35,377 bases of DNA from an uncultured Clostridia bacterium (GCA_944386375.1 CALXAW010000001.1:1-35377), one strand, 5' to 3'. Shown: positions 8,284 through 17,328, counted from the stretch's first letter. Notes: generated from the letters alone by a model not told the origin. Numbers and translations are program-made.

Positions 8284-9339
8284 TTATTTTTCTTCTAGTG
8301 CTAGTTTTATCAATCTATCTAATAATTCACTATATTTTAATCCATATGCTTCCATCAATTTTGGATACATACTTATTTGTGTAAATCCTGGTAAAGTATT
8401 TATTTCGTTTAAATAAATCTTTCCTGTTTTATCTTCTATAAAAAAGTCCACTCTAGCTAACCCTTTTCCATCAATTGCCTTAAATGCTTTTATTGCTTGT
8501 TCTCTTATTTTTTGTGTTTGTTCTTTTGTAATATCAGCAGGTATTACTGTTTTTGATTCTTCGTTTTTATATTTTGCGTCAAAACTATAAAATTCGTCTG
8601 CAGAAAGAACTTCCCCTACACAACCAGCAATTACTTCTTCATTTCCTAACACAGCACATTCTACTTCTTTGCCTGTTATTCCATTTTCAATTAATATCTT
8701 TTTATCAAATTTACTTGCATTTTCTATTGCTTGTTTTAATTGGGTTGTGTTTATTACCTTGCTTACTCCAACAGAAGAACCTGAATTTGATGGTTTTACA
8801 AACATTGGGTAGTGTAATTCTTTTTCTATGTTTTCGCAAATTTTTTCTAAGCTTTTTATCTCTTCTGAAAAGTCCTTATTTACATATATATAATTTTCTT
8901 TATACTTTCTTATATAACAATACTGAGTTTGTTCTATTCTTGCTTTTTCCAATATTATTTTAGTATAAACTTTATCCATTCCCACACTTGAAGCTAAAAC
9001 ACCACAACCTACATATGGAATCTTTAGCAATTCTAATAAACCTTGTATTGTTCCATCTTCTCCATATAATCCATGTAATACTGGAAATATTACATCTAAG
9101 TTTTTTAGATAATTTACTATATTATCTATTTTTTCTAAATTTTCTATTTTTTGCCCCATTTCTACAGTTTTATACTCATCTTTATATATGTACCAATCCC
9201 CTTTTAAATCTATATATATTGGAAATATATTATATTTATCTGCATCTAAATTTTTAATTATATTTCTGCCAGATACTGTAGAAACTTCATTTTCTGTTGA
9301 CATTCCTCCAATTATAACACCTAATTTTAATTTATCCAT
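8284..9339 (-). CDS. ddl: D-alanine--D-alanine ligase.
   Basis: Motifs: GGMSTENEVS, FPVLHGLYGEDGTIQGLLELLKIPYVGCGV, FVKPSNSGSSVGVSKV, ARVDFF...YLNEINTLPGFT. The omega-loop reads FDAKYK, and the Lys-Tyr pair indicates D-Ala-D-Ala rather than D-Lac specificity. ATG at 9339 lies 9 nt after AAGGAGG. Confidence 0.92.
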   Translation of the reverse strand: MDKLKLGVIIGGMSTENEVSTVSGRNIIKNLDADKYNIFPIYIDLKGDWYIYKDEYKTVEMGQKIENLEKIDNIVNYLKNLDVIFPVLHGLYGEDGTIQGLLELLKIPYVGCGVLASSVGMDKVYTKIILEKARIEQTQYCYIRKYKENYIYVNKDFSEEIKSLEKICENIEKELHYPMFVKPSNSGSSVGVSKVINTTQLKQAIENASKFDKKILIENGITGKEVECAVLGNEEVIAGCVGEVLSADEFYSFDAKYKNEESKTVIPADITKEQTQKIREQAIKAFKAIDGKGLARVDFFIEDKTGKIYLNEINTLPGFTQISMYPKLMEAYGLKYSELLDRLIKLALEEK

Positions 9340-9359
9340 ACACAAAAACCTCCTTGTTA

Positions 9360-10772
9360 TTATATAACTTTTAAGTCTTGTATTAGTTTTTCTGCTAATT
9401 GAAAAAATTTCATTCCATTTGAAGCTTTTAATAAAATATTATCATTTTCTTTTATTATTTGTTTTAAAATATTTTCTATCTCTTCTAAATTTTGTGCATT
9501 ATATATTTGCTCTTTTTTCAGCCCGTTTATTTCCGCTTCTTCTGCAATATATTTTGCATATTGACCACAAGTTATTAATATATCTATATTATTTTTTACA
9601 ACTTCTATTCCTACTTTTTTATGCAATTCTTCTGAATAATTTCCAAGTTCAAACATATCTCCTAATACTGCAATTTTTCTTCCTACATTTATTCTATTTA
9701 AATATTCTAATACTGCCTTTGTAGACTCATAGCTTGCATTATAACTGTCATTTATTATTTTTATACCTTTGCAAACTTCTATTATTTCCATTCTCTTTTT
9801 GCTTAATTCTAATTCTTCTATTCCTTTTTTTATTTGCTCTGTACTTAATTCTAACATATTACCAATTAATGCAGCACATAATGAATTTAACACAAAATGT
9901 GTTCCACTTGTTGGTACTTTTACATTAAATTCTTTATTATTTAATCTACAAATAAATTCGCTACAATCTTCTTTTAATTTTATGTTTTTTGCCATTACAT
10001 CACTTTCGTTTTCAATTCCAAATGTATAAATATCTATATCATTTTTATTTTTCTCATAATAATTATGTAATAAATCATTGTCATTATTTACAACTAAGAT
10101 TTTATTTTTCATTCCTTCTAATATTTCTAATTTAGCTTTTAAAATATTTTCTCTTGATCCTAAATTTCCAATATGTGATGTTCCTATATTAGTTATTACA
10201 GATATTGTAGGTTTTGCTATGTTTGTAAGTGCTCTTATTTCGCCAAAATGGTTCATTCCCATTTCTATTACTGCAACATCTTCATCTTGTAATCTTAAAA
10301 TTGTTAAAGGCAAACCTATTCCATTATTATTATTTCCCTGTGTTTTTAAAACATTATATTTTTTAGAAAGAACACTTGCTATAATATCTTTTGTACTTGT
10401 TTTTCCTACACTTCCTGTTACAGCAACAACTGGAAAATTTTCTCCATACAATTCTCTTTTAGCTGTTGCAATTTGTGACAAAGCTTTTATTGTATCTTGC
10501 ACTTTTATTATTATTTTATCTTTATATATAGATATATTCTCATTTTCAAAATTGATGTTTTGGACTATTACGACTTTTGCTCCTTTTTGAAAAGCCTCTT
10601 CCCACAGCATATTTCCATCTGATTTTTCTCCTTTAATTCCTATGTACACATCATCTTTATTTATTTTTCTTGTATCTGTTGTAAAACCCTTACACTCAAA
10701 ATCTCTATTCCCTAGTACTAATTCACCTTTTGTGCAATTTATTATATCTTCTACAATTAAATTTCTTTTCAT
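9360..10772 (-). CDS. murF: UDP-N-acetylmuramoyl-tripeptide--D-alanyl-D-alanine ligase.
   Basis: Mur ligase P-loop VAVTGSVGKTSTKD. Also NNNNGIGLPLT, EMGMNHFGEI, ITNIGTSHIG, DSYNAS. Classic murF-ddl pairing. Confidence 0.92.
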   Translation of the reverse strand: MKRNLIVEDIINCTKGELVLGNRDFECKGFTTDTRKINKDDVYIGIKGEKSDGNMLWEEAFQKGAKVVIVQNINFENENISIYKDKIIIKVQDTIKALSQIATAKRELYGENFPVVAVTGSVGKTSTKDIIASVLSKKYNVLKTQGNNNNGIGLPLTILRLQDEDVAVIEMGMNHFGEIRALTNIAKPTISVITNIGTSHIGNLGSRENILKAKLEILEGMKNKILVVNNDNDLLHNYYEKNKNDIDIYTFGIENESDVMAKNIKLKEDCSEFICRLNNKEFNVKVPTSGTHFVLNSLCAALIGNMLELSTEQIKKGIEELELSKKRMEIIEVCKGIKIINDSYNASYESTKAVLEYLNRINVGRKIAVLGDMFELGNYSEELHKKVGIEVVKNNIDILITCGQYAKYIAEEAEINGLKKEQIYNAQNLEEIENILKQIIKENDNILLKASNGMKFFQLAEKLIQDLKVI

Positions 10773-10804
10773 ATAACTATATTCCCTTCTTTTTTATTTT
10801 ATTA

Positions 10805-10833
10805 ATTATATGCTAAAACCAAAAAATACGCAA
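10805..10833 (-). promoter_or_regulatory. Candidate sigma-A promoter for murF-ddl.
   Basis: Minus strand: TTGCGT, 17 nt, TATAAT, about 30 nt upstream of the murF ATG. It directly abuts repeat copy 1. Confidence 0.4.
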
Positions 10834-10834
10834 C

Positions 10835-10894
10835 TGCAATGTTGGAGCATAGCGACTTTTTTACTAATTAGAAACTATGACTTTCTAATTAGTA
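10835..10894 (+). repeat. Palindromic intergenic repeat, copy 1 (60 nt).
   Basis: tgcaatgttggagcatagcgacttttttactaattagaaactatgactttctaattagta matches 14912-14971 at 56/60 positions (hand alignment). It contains a long hairpin, tactaattagaaa...tttctaattagta. Confidence 0.8.
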
Positions 10895-10904
10895 ATACAA
10901 ATCA

Positions 10905-10926
10905 GAGACACCAAATTCGGTGCCTC
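10905..10926 (-). terminator. Rho-independent terminator of the SASP gene.
   Basis: Minus-strand RNA GAGGCACC-GAAUUU-GGUGUCUC forms an 8 bp stem with one G-U pair, followed by UGAUUUGUAUU. It is the only GC-rich stem in this spacer and lies 14 nt after the stop. Confidence 0.6.
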
Positions 10927-10939
10927 CGCAATAAACAAC

Positions 10940-11116
10940 TTATTTCTCTACTGCCCTATTTGCTATTTCTATGGCTTTAGAAACTATATTACCACATGTT
11001 TTAGAAGATACATTTCCCCAACTGCCACCGTCTTGTTTTACTTGGTCATAAACTCCTAATTCTCTTGCAATTTCTTCTCTTAAATTATTTGAAATTAGTT
11101 TTGTATTTTTAGACAT
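10940..11116 (-). CDS. ssp: Small acid-soluble spore protein, alpha/beta type (58 aa). Not in the supplied ORF track.
   Basis: Hand translation: MSKNTKLISNNLREEIARELGVYDQVKQDGGSWGNVSSKTCGNIVSKAIEIANRAVEK. It matches the clostridial SASP pattern (K.E.A.E.GV ... G.LSS+.CG..... +..E). RBS GGAGGA lies 5 nt upstream and it has its own terminator. Confidence 0.75.
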   Translation of the reverse strand: MSKNTKLISNNLREEIARELGVYDQVKQDGGSWGNVSSKTCGNIVSKAIEIANRAVEK

Positions 11117-11261
11117 ATTATCCTCCTATATATGGCCAACTAGATTTGAAAACTTTTTTAAGTTTTCTATAATTATTATTTGTATTTTTAATTTATTTAT
11201 TTTAGAAATTTTTTGAAAAAATTTTTTTAAATATTCAGTTTTGTAATATCTTTTAATTAAT

Positions 11262-11909
11262 TTACACACAAATTAAATCTTTCAATTCCTCAAACTTACT
11301 ATCACCTATTCCATTTACATTTTTTATATCTTCTATAGAAGCAAAATCCCCGTTTTCTTCTCTATAATTTATAATTTTAGCAGCAATAGAAGGCCCAATT
11401 CCTGGTAAAGAATCTAGTTCAGTTTCATTGGCAGTATTAATATTTATTAAACCACTTTTGCTGTTTCCACCATTTTGTGTAGTTTGTGAAGAACTTTCCA
11501 CAATTTCTACTCCATCTGTGGTTATATATTCTTCTGTATGTTCGTCATTAATACTAGGTATACGAATTTTTACACCATCTTCTAATACATATGCTAAATT
11601 TATTTTACTCATATCTGCATCTTCTGCCAAACCGCCTGCACTATTTATGGCATCCGAAACTCTTGCACCCTCATTTAATTCAACAATTCCTTCATTTTTA
11701 ACAGCTCCCATTATATGTACCACAATTTTTTCTGTATCAGTTGTTTCTTCTGTTTGTGTTTCATTTTTTACCATTATTTCCTCAGTAGAAATCTCCTCGT
11801 AATTATTGTCTTTAGAATATACATAAAAAGCAATAATTCCCACAGCAATTATTATTCCAATAATAAAAATTCTTTTTTGAGTTTGTGTTAAATTATTTAT
11901 ATCTATCAT
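11262..11909 (-). CDS. comEA: ComEA-family DNA receptor (TM anchor, SLBB-like domain, C-terminal helix-hairpin-helix).
   Basis: INTANETELDSLPGIGPSIAAKIINYREENGDFASIEDIKNVNGIGDSKFEELK is the canonical ComEA HhH tail. There is an N-terminal TM helix, and VHIMGAVKNEGIVEL is SLBB-like. Confidence 0.88.
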   Translation of the reverse strand: MIDINNLTQTQKRIFIIGIIIAVGIIAFYVYSKDNNYEEISTEEIMVKNETQTEETTDTEKIVVHIMGAVKNEGIVELNEGARVSDAINSAGGLAEDADMSKINLAYVLEDGVKIRIPSINDEHTEEYITTDGVEIVESSSQTTQNGGNSKSGLININTANETELDSLPGIGPSIAAKIINYREENGDFASIEDIKNVNGIGDSKFEELKDLICV

Positions 11910-12050
11910 CTCCTTTTAAATATTACAATTTTATTACTTTTTTATAAAATATTGAATTTTGTCTAAAAATAATATATATTATCTATATATTGTTTTAAAA
12001 ATACAGGTTGAAAACTAATTAATATATTTACTTTATTCAATTTGGAAGGA

Positions 12051-13319
12051 ATGAAATTAATTATGAAATTTAAAAATATATTTATTTTAATATTTACATT
12101 TTTATTTGTATTTAGTACTTTTAGCTTTGCTACAGACGAACCTACTGTATTTTCAGAGGCTGCAATACTTATAGATGCAAATACTGGTAAATCTTTATAC
12201 GAAAAAAATGCAACACAACAAATGTATCCAGCAAGTACTACAAAAATAATGACTGCAATACTTACTATTGAAAATTGCGAGTTAGACGAAACTGTAACAG
12301 TAAATTACAATGCAATTTCTACCATTCCATCAGGATATAGCATTGCAGAACTAGTAGAAGGTGAAGAGCTAACTGTAAAACAACTACTAGAAGTTTTATT
12401 AGTACACTCTGCAAATGATGCTGCAAATGTGCTTGCCATGCATGTTGGAGGTTCTATAGATAGTTTTGTAAGTATGATGAATAGTAAAGCACAAGAAATA
12501 GGATGCACAAATACTAATTTTACAAATACATATGGAAAACAAGAAGACACTCATTATACTACTGCAAAAGACCTAGCATTAATAGCTCAATATTGTATGA
12601 AAAATAGCACTTTTAGATCATTTGTATCTCAACCAGAATGTACAATTACAGCAACAAATAAACATGAACCACGAAATTTTAAAAACACAAATGATTTAAT
12701 ACGCCCATCTTCAGACTATTATTATGAATATGCAATAGGAATAAAAACTGGATATACAAGTGAAGCAAAAAACTGCTTAATCTCAGCAAGTAGTAAAGAC
12801 GGATTTGAAACAATATCAGTAATTTTAGGAGCAGATAAAGCTCCAGATGGTGCAAGTGCAAGATATGTAGACTCTATTAATTTATTTGAATATGCATATA
12901 ATAACTATTCTATAAAAGAACTTGCACATAAAGATGATGTTATAACACAAATAACCATCCCTAATGGAACAAAAGAAACAAAAGAATTAGATGTATTACT
13001 AGTAGAAGACATAACAGCATTAACAAATATCTCTAATACAGATGCAAACTCTCCTGCAATAACAATTAACAATAACCTATCTGCACCACTAGCAGCGGGA
13101 ACTATTGTAGGAAGTGTTACATATAATATAGATAATATAGAATATAAAGCAGATTTAGTAGCAGCACATGATGTTGAAAAGTCAGATGCACTTATTATTA
13201 TTTTGCAAATAGGTTTAGCTATATTTATATTAATTATTTTGGGTAAATTATTTCTTTCTTCTAAAACTAAAAAACATAAAAAGAAAAAAATGTATAGAGA
13301 TAATATATATAGATTTTAA
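12051..13319 (+). CDS. D-alanyl-D-alanine carboxypeptidase (PBP5/S11 family) with signal peptide and C-terminal membrane anchor.
   Basis: Motifs: SxxK (PASTTKIMTA), SxN (HSANDAA), KTG (IKTGYT). C-terminal hydrophobic helix plus a KKHKKKK tail. The start is ambiguous: 12051 or 12063 (the ORF track opens at TTG 12042). Confidence 0.88.
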   Translation: MKLIMKFKNIFILIFTFLFVFSTFSFATDEPTVFSEAAILIDANTGKSLYEKNATQQMYPASTTKIMTAILTIENCELDETVTVNYNAISTIPSGYSIAELVEGEELTVKQLLEVLLVHSANDAANVLAMHVGGSIDSFVSMMNSKAQEIGCTNTNFTNTYGKQEDTHYTTAKDLALIAQYCMKNSTFRSFVSQPECTITATNKHEPRNFKNTNDLIRPSSDYYYEYAIGIKTGYTSEAKNCLISASSKDGFETISVILGADKAPDGASARYVDSINLFEYAYNNYSIKELAHKDDVITQITIPNGTKETKELDVLLVEDITALTNISNTDANSPAITINNNLSAPLAAGTIVGSVTYNIDNIEYKADLVAAHDVEKSDALIIILQIGLAIFILIILGKLFLSSKTKKHKKKKMYRDNIYRF

Positions 13320-13324
13320 TGAAT

Positions 13325-13349
13325 GGGCGGAAAATATATCCGCCCTTTT
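13325..13349 (+). terminator. Rho-independent terminator between the convergent dac and LCP genes.
   Basis: gggcgg-aaaatatat-ccgccc followed by tttt. Confidence 0.7.
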
Positions 13350-13377
13350 AAATTATAAAAATCGCTACACTCCAATG

Positions 13378-14679
13378 TTAAAAATCTTCTCCAATTATAA
13401 TAGTTACATTTGCTGTGCTTTTAGAACTTGTTGCTGTACTAGATATTGTTCCTATTTCTAAAAGTTCTTTTATATTTGTAGTTATTTGACTATCTACATC
13501 TGTATTATTAATTATTGTTGTTGTTGGTGTTGTTTTTGTAGTTCCTGTTTTATACACATTATAACCTTTTTGTTTTAATAAATTTGTAGCATTTGTTAAT
13601 TTTCTACTATTTCCACTACCATTTAAAAGTTCTATTTTTATTTGTGAAGCTTGAGTTGTTGTTACATTTGTTGTTCCAGTATTTTCTGTTTGCTCATCTT
13701 CAGTTGTTGTTTCTGTTGAATAAAACATTTCTTGTATTAACTCTTGAGTTTCTTCTTCGTCATATTCAAAAAATGATAATTTATTAAGCATTGTAACTTC
13801 ACCTGGAAGACTATCTGTTTTTATATTGTCTGTATTAAATTCTATAGCATAAGGTAAATAATCTTTTACATCAGATAATTTTGTGTTTGTTTCTAAGTTG
13901 TCATATACTATATCTAACAGTTCTCCTATTTTCATTACATTTTTAAGTTGTATTGTTTGTTTTGCAACTGTTGTCATAAATTCTCTTTGTGTTTTCATTC
14001 TACCAATATCATTATCACCATATTCAGAATCATATGATGATCCATCATTATTATGTCTAAAACGTAATAATTGTTCTGCTTTTGCTCCATCTAACTTTTG
14101 CACACCAGCTTTTAAATTAATATGCAAATCTTGTGTAGGGTCATCATATTTCATATCTATTGGTACATTAAATTCAACACCACCAATTGCATCAACTACT
14201 TCTATTAAAGCATTATTATTGATTACCGCATAATACTTAATATCTAAACCTGTTATTTCATTTACTGCCTTTAATGTGTTTTCTGGACCTGTTTGATATA
14301 AAGCATTTATTTTGTCATAAGAATTTGCATTTGCTTTACTTTTTCCTACAAATGTATCTCTTGGGATTGAAAGTAATGCAGCTTGTTGTGTTTTAGGATT
14401 ATAAGATGCTACCATAATTGTATCTGTCAATTTAGAAGATATGTCTTCACTTACTCCCATTAATAATATTTTAAACTCGTCTAAGTCTTCGACAGTTTCT
14501 TGATTATGTCCCATCATTGTAGCTAGTAACCCTTGCCAGCCCCAACCATTTTTTAATGTACTATATGATACAAAACCACCTAATAATACTAAAAATATTA
14601 CTAAAAATGTTAATATAACTTTTAAAACTCTATGCTTCTTTTTTCTTTTTTTATCCTTACTCATTTGTTTTCTACTCAA
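13378..14679 (-). CDS. LytR-CpsA-Psr (LCP) family cell-wall polymer transferase with a C-terminal LytR_C-like domain.
   Basis: LLMGVSEDISSKLTDTIMVASYNPKTQQAALLSIPRDTFV is the LCP signature. There is an N-terminal TM helix, and IKIELLNGSGNSRKLT...LKQKGYNV is LytR_C-like. TTG 14679 is preferred (AGGAG 7 nt upstream); the ORF track start is GTG 14688. Confidence 0.85.
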   Translation of the reverse strand: MSRKQMSKDKKRKKKHRVLKVILTFLVIFLVLLGGFVSYSTLKNGWGWQGLLATMMGHNQETVEDLDEFKILLMGVSEDISSKLTDTIMVASYNPKTQQAALLSIPRDTFVGKSKANANSYDKINALYQTGPENTLKAVNEITGLDIKYYAVINNNALIEVVDAIGGVEFNVPIDMKYDDPTQDLHINLKAGVQKLDGAKAEQLLRFRHNNDGSSYDSEYGDNDIGRMKTQREFMTTVAKQTIQLKNVMKIGELLDIVYDNLETNTKLSDVKDYLPYAIEFNTDNIKTDSLPGEVTMLNKLSFFEYDEEETQELIQEMFYSTETTTEDEQTENTGTTNVTTTQASQIKIELLNGSGNSRKLTNATNLLKQKGYNVYKTGTTKTTPTTTIINNTDVDSQITTNIKELLEIGTISSTATSSKSTANVTIIIGEDF

Positions 14680-14773
14680 AATATTCACTCCTAATTTTAA
14701 ATTATACTATTTTAGTATAGCAAACTTTCTTTTAAATTTCAACAAATATACACAAAATTCACAAAACTATTAA

Positions 14774-14812
14774 AGCGACTTTTATACCATAGGAAAGTAT
14801 TACTTTCTAATT
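14774..14812 (+). repeat. Partial copy (copy 4) of the palindromic intergenic repeat.
   Basis: agcgacttttataccataggaaagtattactttctaatt aligns with the 3' two-thirds of copy 2. It lacks the tgcaatgttggagc head. Confidence 0.6.
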
Positions 14813-14911
14813 GCAGAACAAAAGCGATGTGATTAAGATATTTTAACATTTTAGCATAGTTACACATCGCGTATTTGTTCGTGCGCCAAATTTTATGAAA
14901 TAAAATTTGTG

Positions 14912-14971
14912 TGCAATGTTGGAGCGTAGCGACTTTTATACTAATTAGAAAGTATCACTTTCTAATTAGTA
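14912..14971 (+). repeat. Palindromic intergenic repeat, copy 2 (60 nt). It overlaps the last codons and the stop of cvpA.
   Basis: tgcaatgttggagcgtagcgacttttatactaattagaaagtatcactttctaattagta. There is a perfect 15-bp stem (14939-14953 with 14957-14971) and a 3-nt loop. The cvpA TAG (14962-14964) lies inside the right arm. Confidence 0.8.
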
Positions 14972-15600
14972 TAAAATAATATATTTAAAATAATGTTATT
15001 ATTGTACATCATTTTAGTTATATATGAGCTCTCTATAGCAGAAGTAATAGCAGTATTTCCATTTACAGATACAATAAAGAACAATATTGCTAAAATTACA
15101 TAAATAATAATTAATGCTTTTAAAATTCCATATATAATTCCACCAATTTCGTTAAATTGTTTTATTATAGGTAAATTACTTATTATATTTGCAACAGAGC
15201 CTAATAAAATTAGCAATAATCTAGTTACTACAAATATTAATATCATAACACCAATACCTACAATATTTATAGCAATTGCTCTTGCTGCTGTTTCTACTAC
15301 AGCATCTTGTGTTTCTGACACCATATTTTCAGCATAATTTCGTACATAAGTAGAAATACCTGTGTTTTCTTGTGTTTCTTCTTCATTTGTGTTTTTTACA
15401 ATAATAGCCTCTATATTTTCATCAATTTGAGTATTATTTATTACAAAATTAGTTATAGGCCAATATAAAATAATAGAAATTAGCAAAGATGCAATAAAAG
15501 CAAATAAACTAAATGCCACCTTAACTAGCCCTCTTCTATAACCTAAAAATATACATAAGGTTAAAATAGCAACTACAATAATATCTAAAACAATTCCCAT
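14962..15600 (-). CDS. cvpA: CvpA-family membrane protein.
   Basis: The N-terminus IVLDIIVVAILTLCIFLGYRRGLVKVAFSLFAFIASLLIS is typical of CvpA. Four to five TM helices. Confidence 0.8.
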   Translation of the reverse strand: MGIVLDIIVVAILTLCIFLGYRRGLVKVAFSLFAFIASLLISIILYWPITNFVINNTQIDENIEAIIVKNTNEEETQENTGISTYVRNYAENMVSETQDAVVETAARAIAINIVGIGVMILIFVVTRLLLILLGSVANIISNLPIIKQFNEIGGIIYGILKALIIIYVILAILFFIVSVNGNTAITSAIESSYITKMMYNNNIILNILFYTN

Positions 15601-15642
15601 ATCTTTATTTACCCTTTCTAAATAATATATATTAATTTAAAA

Positions 15643-16839
15643 CTATAAACTTAAAACATCTATTTTATCTCTATAAATTATTCCTGCTATTGAATCTGAA
15701 AAAACAAAATTACTAATTTCTTGGTTTGCCACATATCTTTTTACAAGCCATCCATTTGTATTTATAAAATGTAATTCTGCGCCTAGGTTTAAACCTACTA
15801 TATCTCCATAACTATGTACTTCTTTTGCCACATCATGAACTGTATATAAATTTTCTTTTAAAGTTGCAGTATTTATTACCATAAGTTCAGAATCCGCAGT
15901 AAATAGTCCTGATGATTTTTCTTCTACAGTAGCAATGCAATTATTTAATTTTATAGAAGAAAATGCTACTTTTTTATCAGCAAAGTTTAAAATCTCTGTG
16001 CTTTGTTCATTATGTATAGAACATATAGAATCATCATACATACATATTAGTCTATCTTTGTCTTGATATGCTATACTTGTTAACAATTTATTTTGATCTG
16101 CATTAAATATATAAGTAACAGAATTATCTACATCTGTTTGTGCATTTTCAATTGATACTATTTTTACATTTGACTGTATTACACTAGAAGAAGTATCAAC
16201 CTCTGCTAAAGCTAAATATTTATTATCATTAGATATACTTACATCTGTAACCTTTGTAGAGGCTAAAAATATTTTAAATAATTCTTTTCCAGTTTGATTA
16301 TATACACTTACAACGGTTTTATAGCTTGTATCTGATATAACAACTGCCATATACCCATTTTTATTTACTACAATATTAGTAATACTGCCTTCTATTTTAT
16401 TTTCCCAAGCAATATCTTGGCCAGAAATTAAGTAAATACTTTGTCCACCTTTTTCTGCAATACCTAAAAATCTTCCACTTGAATTAAATATAACATCATT
16501 TATTGGAACTTCTAAGGTCTTTTCTTCTTTTCCAGCACTATTATAAATATTAAAACTATTTTTACTTAAAATACCAATATATCTATCATATGCACAAATC
16601 TCTACATTTGCATCAGAATTAAACTCTATTGTAGAAACATCATCTTGTGTAACCTCTTTTTGTAAAATATGTACATCAACCCAATTTCTAAAATCTTCTC
16701 TTACCACATACAATGTACCTACAGTGATTAAGGCAATAATAACTAATGCAATAATAACACAAATAATAATTTTCTTTTTATTAACTTTTTTTTCCTCACC
16801 TAAACTACCATAGTCAAAATGATCCATTATTAACTTCAT
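15643..16839 (-). CDS. Single-pass membrane protein with a large beta-rich (propeller-like) extracytoplasmic domain, DUF5711-like.
   Basis: One TM helix (IIICVIIALVIIALITVGTLYV), followed by repetitive beta-strand-like segments. Located upstream of cvpA. The family name is a recollection, not verified. The start is ambiguous (16839 or 16827; the ORF track gives TTG 16860). Confidence 0.6.
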   Translation of the reverse strand: MKLIMDHFDYGSLGEEKKVNKKKIIICVIIALVIIALITVGTLYVVREDFRNWVDVHILQKEVTQDDVSTIEFNSDANVEICAYDRYIGILSKNSFNIYNSAGKEEKTLEVPINDVIFNSSGRFLGIAEKGGQSIYLISGQDIAWENKIEGSITNIVVNKNGYMAVVISDTSYKTVVSVYNQTGKELFKIFLASTKVTDVSISNDNKYLALAEVDTSSSVIQSNVKIVSIENAQTDVDNSVTYIFNADQNKLLTSIAYQDKDRLICMYDDSICSIHNEQSTEILNFADKKVAFSSIKLNNCIATVEEKSSGLFTADSELMVINTATLKENLYTVHDVAKEVHSYGDIVGLNLGAELHFINTNGWLVKRYVANQEISNFVFSDSIAGIIYRDKIDVLSL

Positions 16840-16927
16840 CCTTTCCAATGTATCAAACAAATTTGGAAAACCTTTCTTTCTCTTTTGCTCCTAACACCTA
16901 TATTTTACTATTTATATAAAAAAAAGT

Positions 16928-16957
16928 AAAGCTCACAGAAAATTTTCTATGAGCTTT
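16928..16957 (-). terminator. Rho-independent terminator of the DUF378 gene.
   Basis: aaagctcacagaaaa/ttttctatgagcttt is a near-perfect palindrome. On the minus strand it is followed by acttttttttt. Confidence 0.65.
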
Positions 16958-16969
16958 TCATAAATTACT

Positions 16970-17161
16970 TTATTTATCATCAAATAATAATTTAATTCCC
17001 CATAATCCAGAAATACCAACTAAACCATAAATAATTCTAGAAAGTACTGTCATATCTCCAAAGATTGCTTCAACTAAATTAAATTGAAAAAATCCAATCA
17101 ATCCCCAGTTAATAGCACCTATTATTATTAATATTAATGCAATTGTGTCTATAATCTTCAC
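16970..17161 (-). CDS. DUF378 family small membrane protein.
   Basis: LILIIIGAINWGLIGFFQFNLVEAIFG...SRIIYGLVGISGL is the DUF378 signature. GTG 17161 lies 5 nt after GGGGGTGA; the ORF track extends to 17194. Confidence 0.8.
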   Translation of the reverse strand: MKIIDTIALILIIIGAINWGLIGFFQFNLVEAIFGDMTVLSRIIYGLVGISGLWGIKLLFDDK

Positions 17162-17328
17162 TCTGCTCACCCCCTTGCTACATACTATTAACATGATTTT
17201 ATAAATATAACTAAGTAATAAAATTTACAATATATACTTATTTTCCCTTTTTAGCTAAAATTTATTCATTTTATTGAAAAAAACTTTTTTTTATGATAAC
17301 TTTGTAATATAAAAGTTGGGGTGATATA

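Noticed and set aside
8284-10772. The murF-ddl pair near mobile-element genes could be a vancomycin-resistance-type (van) ligase locus.
   Set aside because: The ligase omega-loop has the Lys-Tyr (FDAKYK) signature of D-Ala-D-Ala ligases. No vanH, vanX or vanRS-like genes are present. This is the ordinary housekeeping arrangement.
11117-11261. Searched for a sigma-G/sigma-F forespore promoter and for a comEA terminator in the SASP-comEA spacer. The palindromes gaaaactt/aagttttc and aaatttttt/gaaaaaattt were examined.
   Set aside because: No convincing -35/-10 match is present at a sensible distance from the SASP ATG. The AT-only palindromes lack U-tracts, so the evidence is insufficient to call either feature.
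12042-12068. Near-identical initiation regions TTGGAAGGAATGAAATTAATTATGAAA (dac) and TTGGAAAGGATGAAGTTAATAATGGAT (15643-16860 gene, minus strand 16834-16860), both encoding MKLIM.
   Set aside because: Each is a short RBS plus AT-rich codons, and the similarity does not extend upstream or downstream. It is plausibly chance in DNA this AT-rich. It is noted only because it makes both start codons ambiguous.
14689-14961. A 42-aa minus-strand ORF (MCNYAKMLKYLNHIAFVLQLESNTFLWYKSRFNSFVNFVYIC) in the cvpA-LCP spacer, considered as a possible type I toxin or small protein.
   Set aside because: There is no Shine-Dalgarno sequence upstream of its ATG. It runs through the repeat elements, and its composition is unremarkable. 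It is more likely non-coding.
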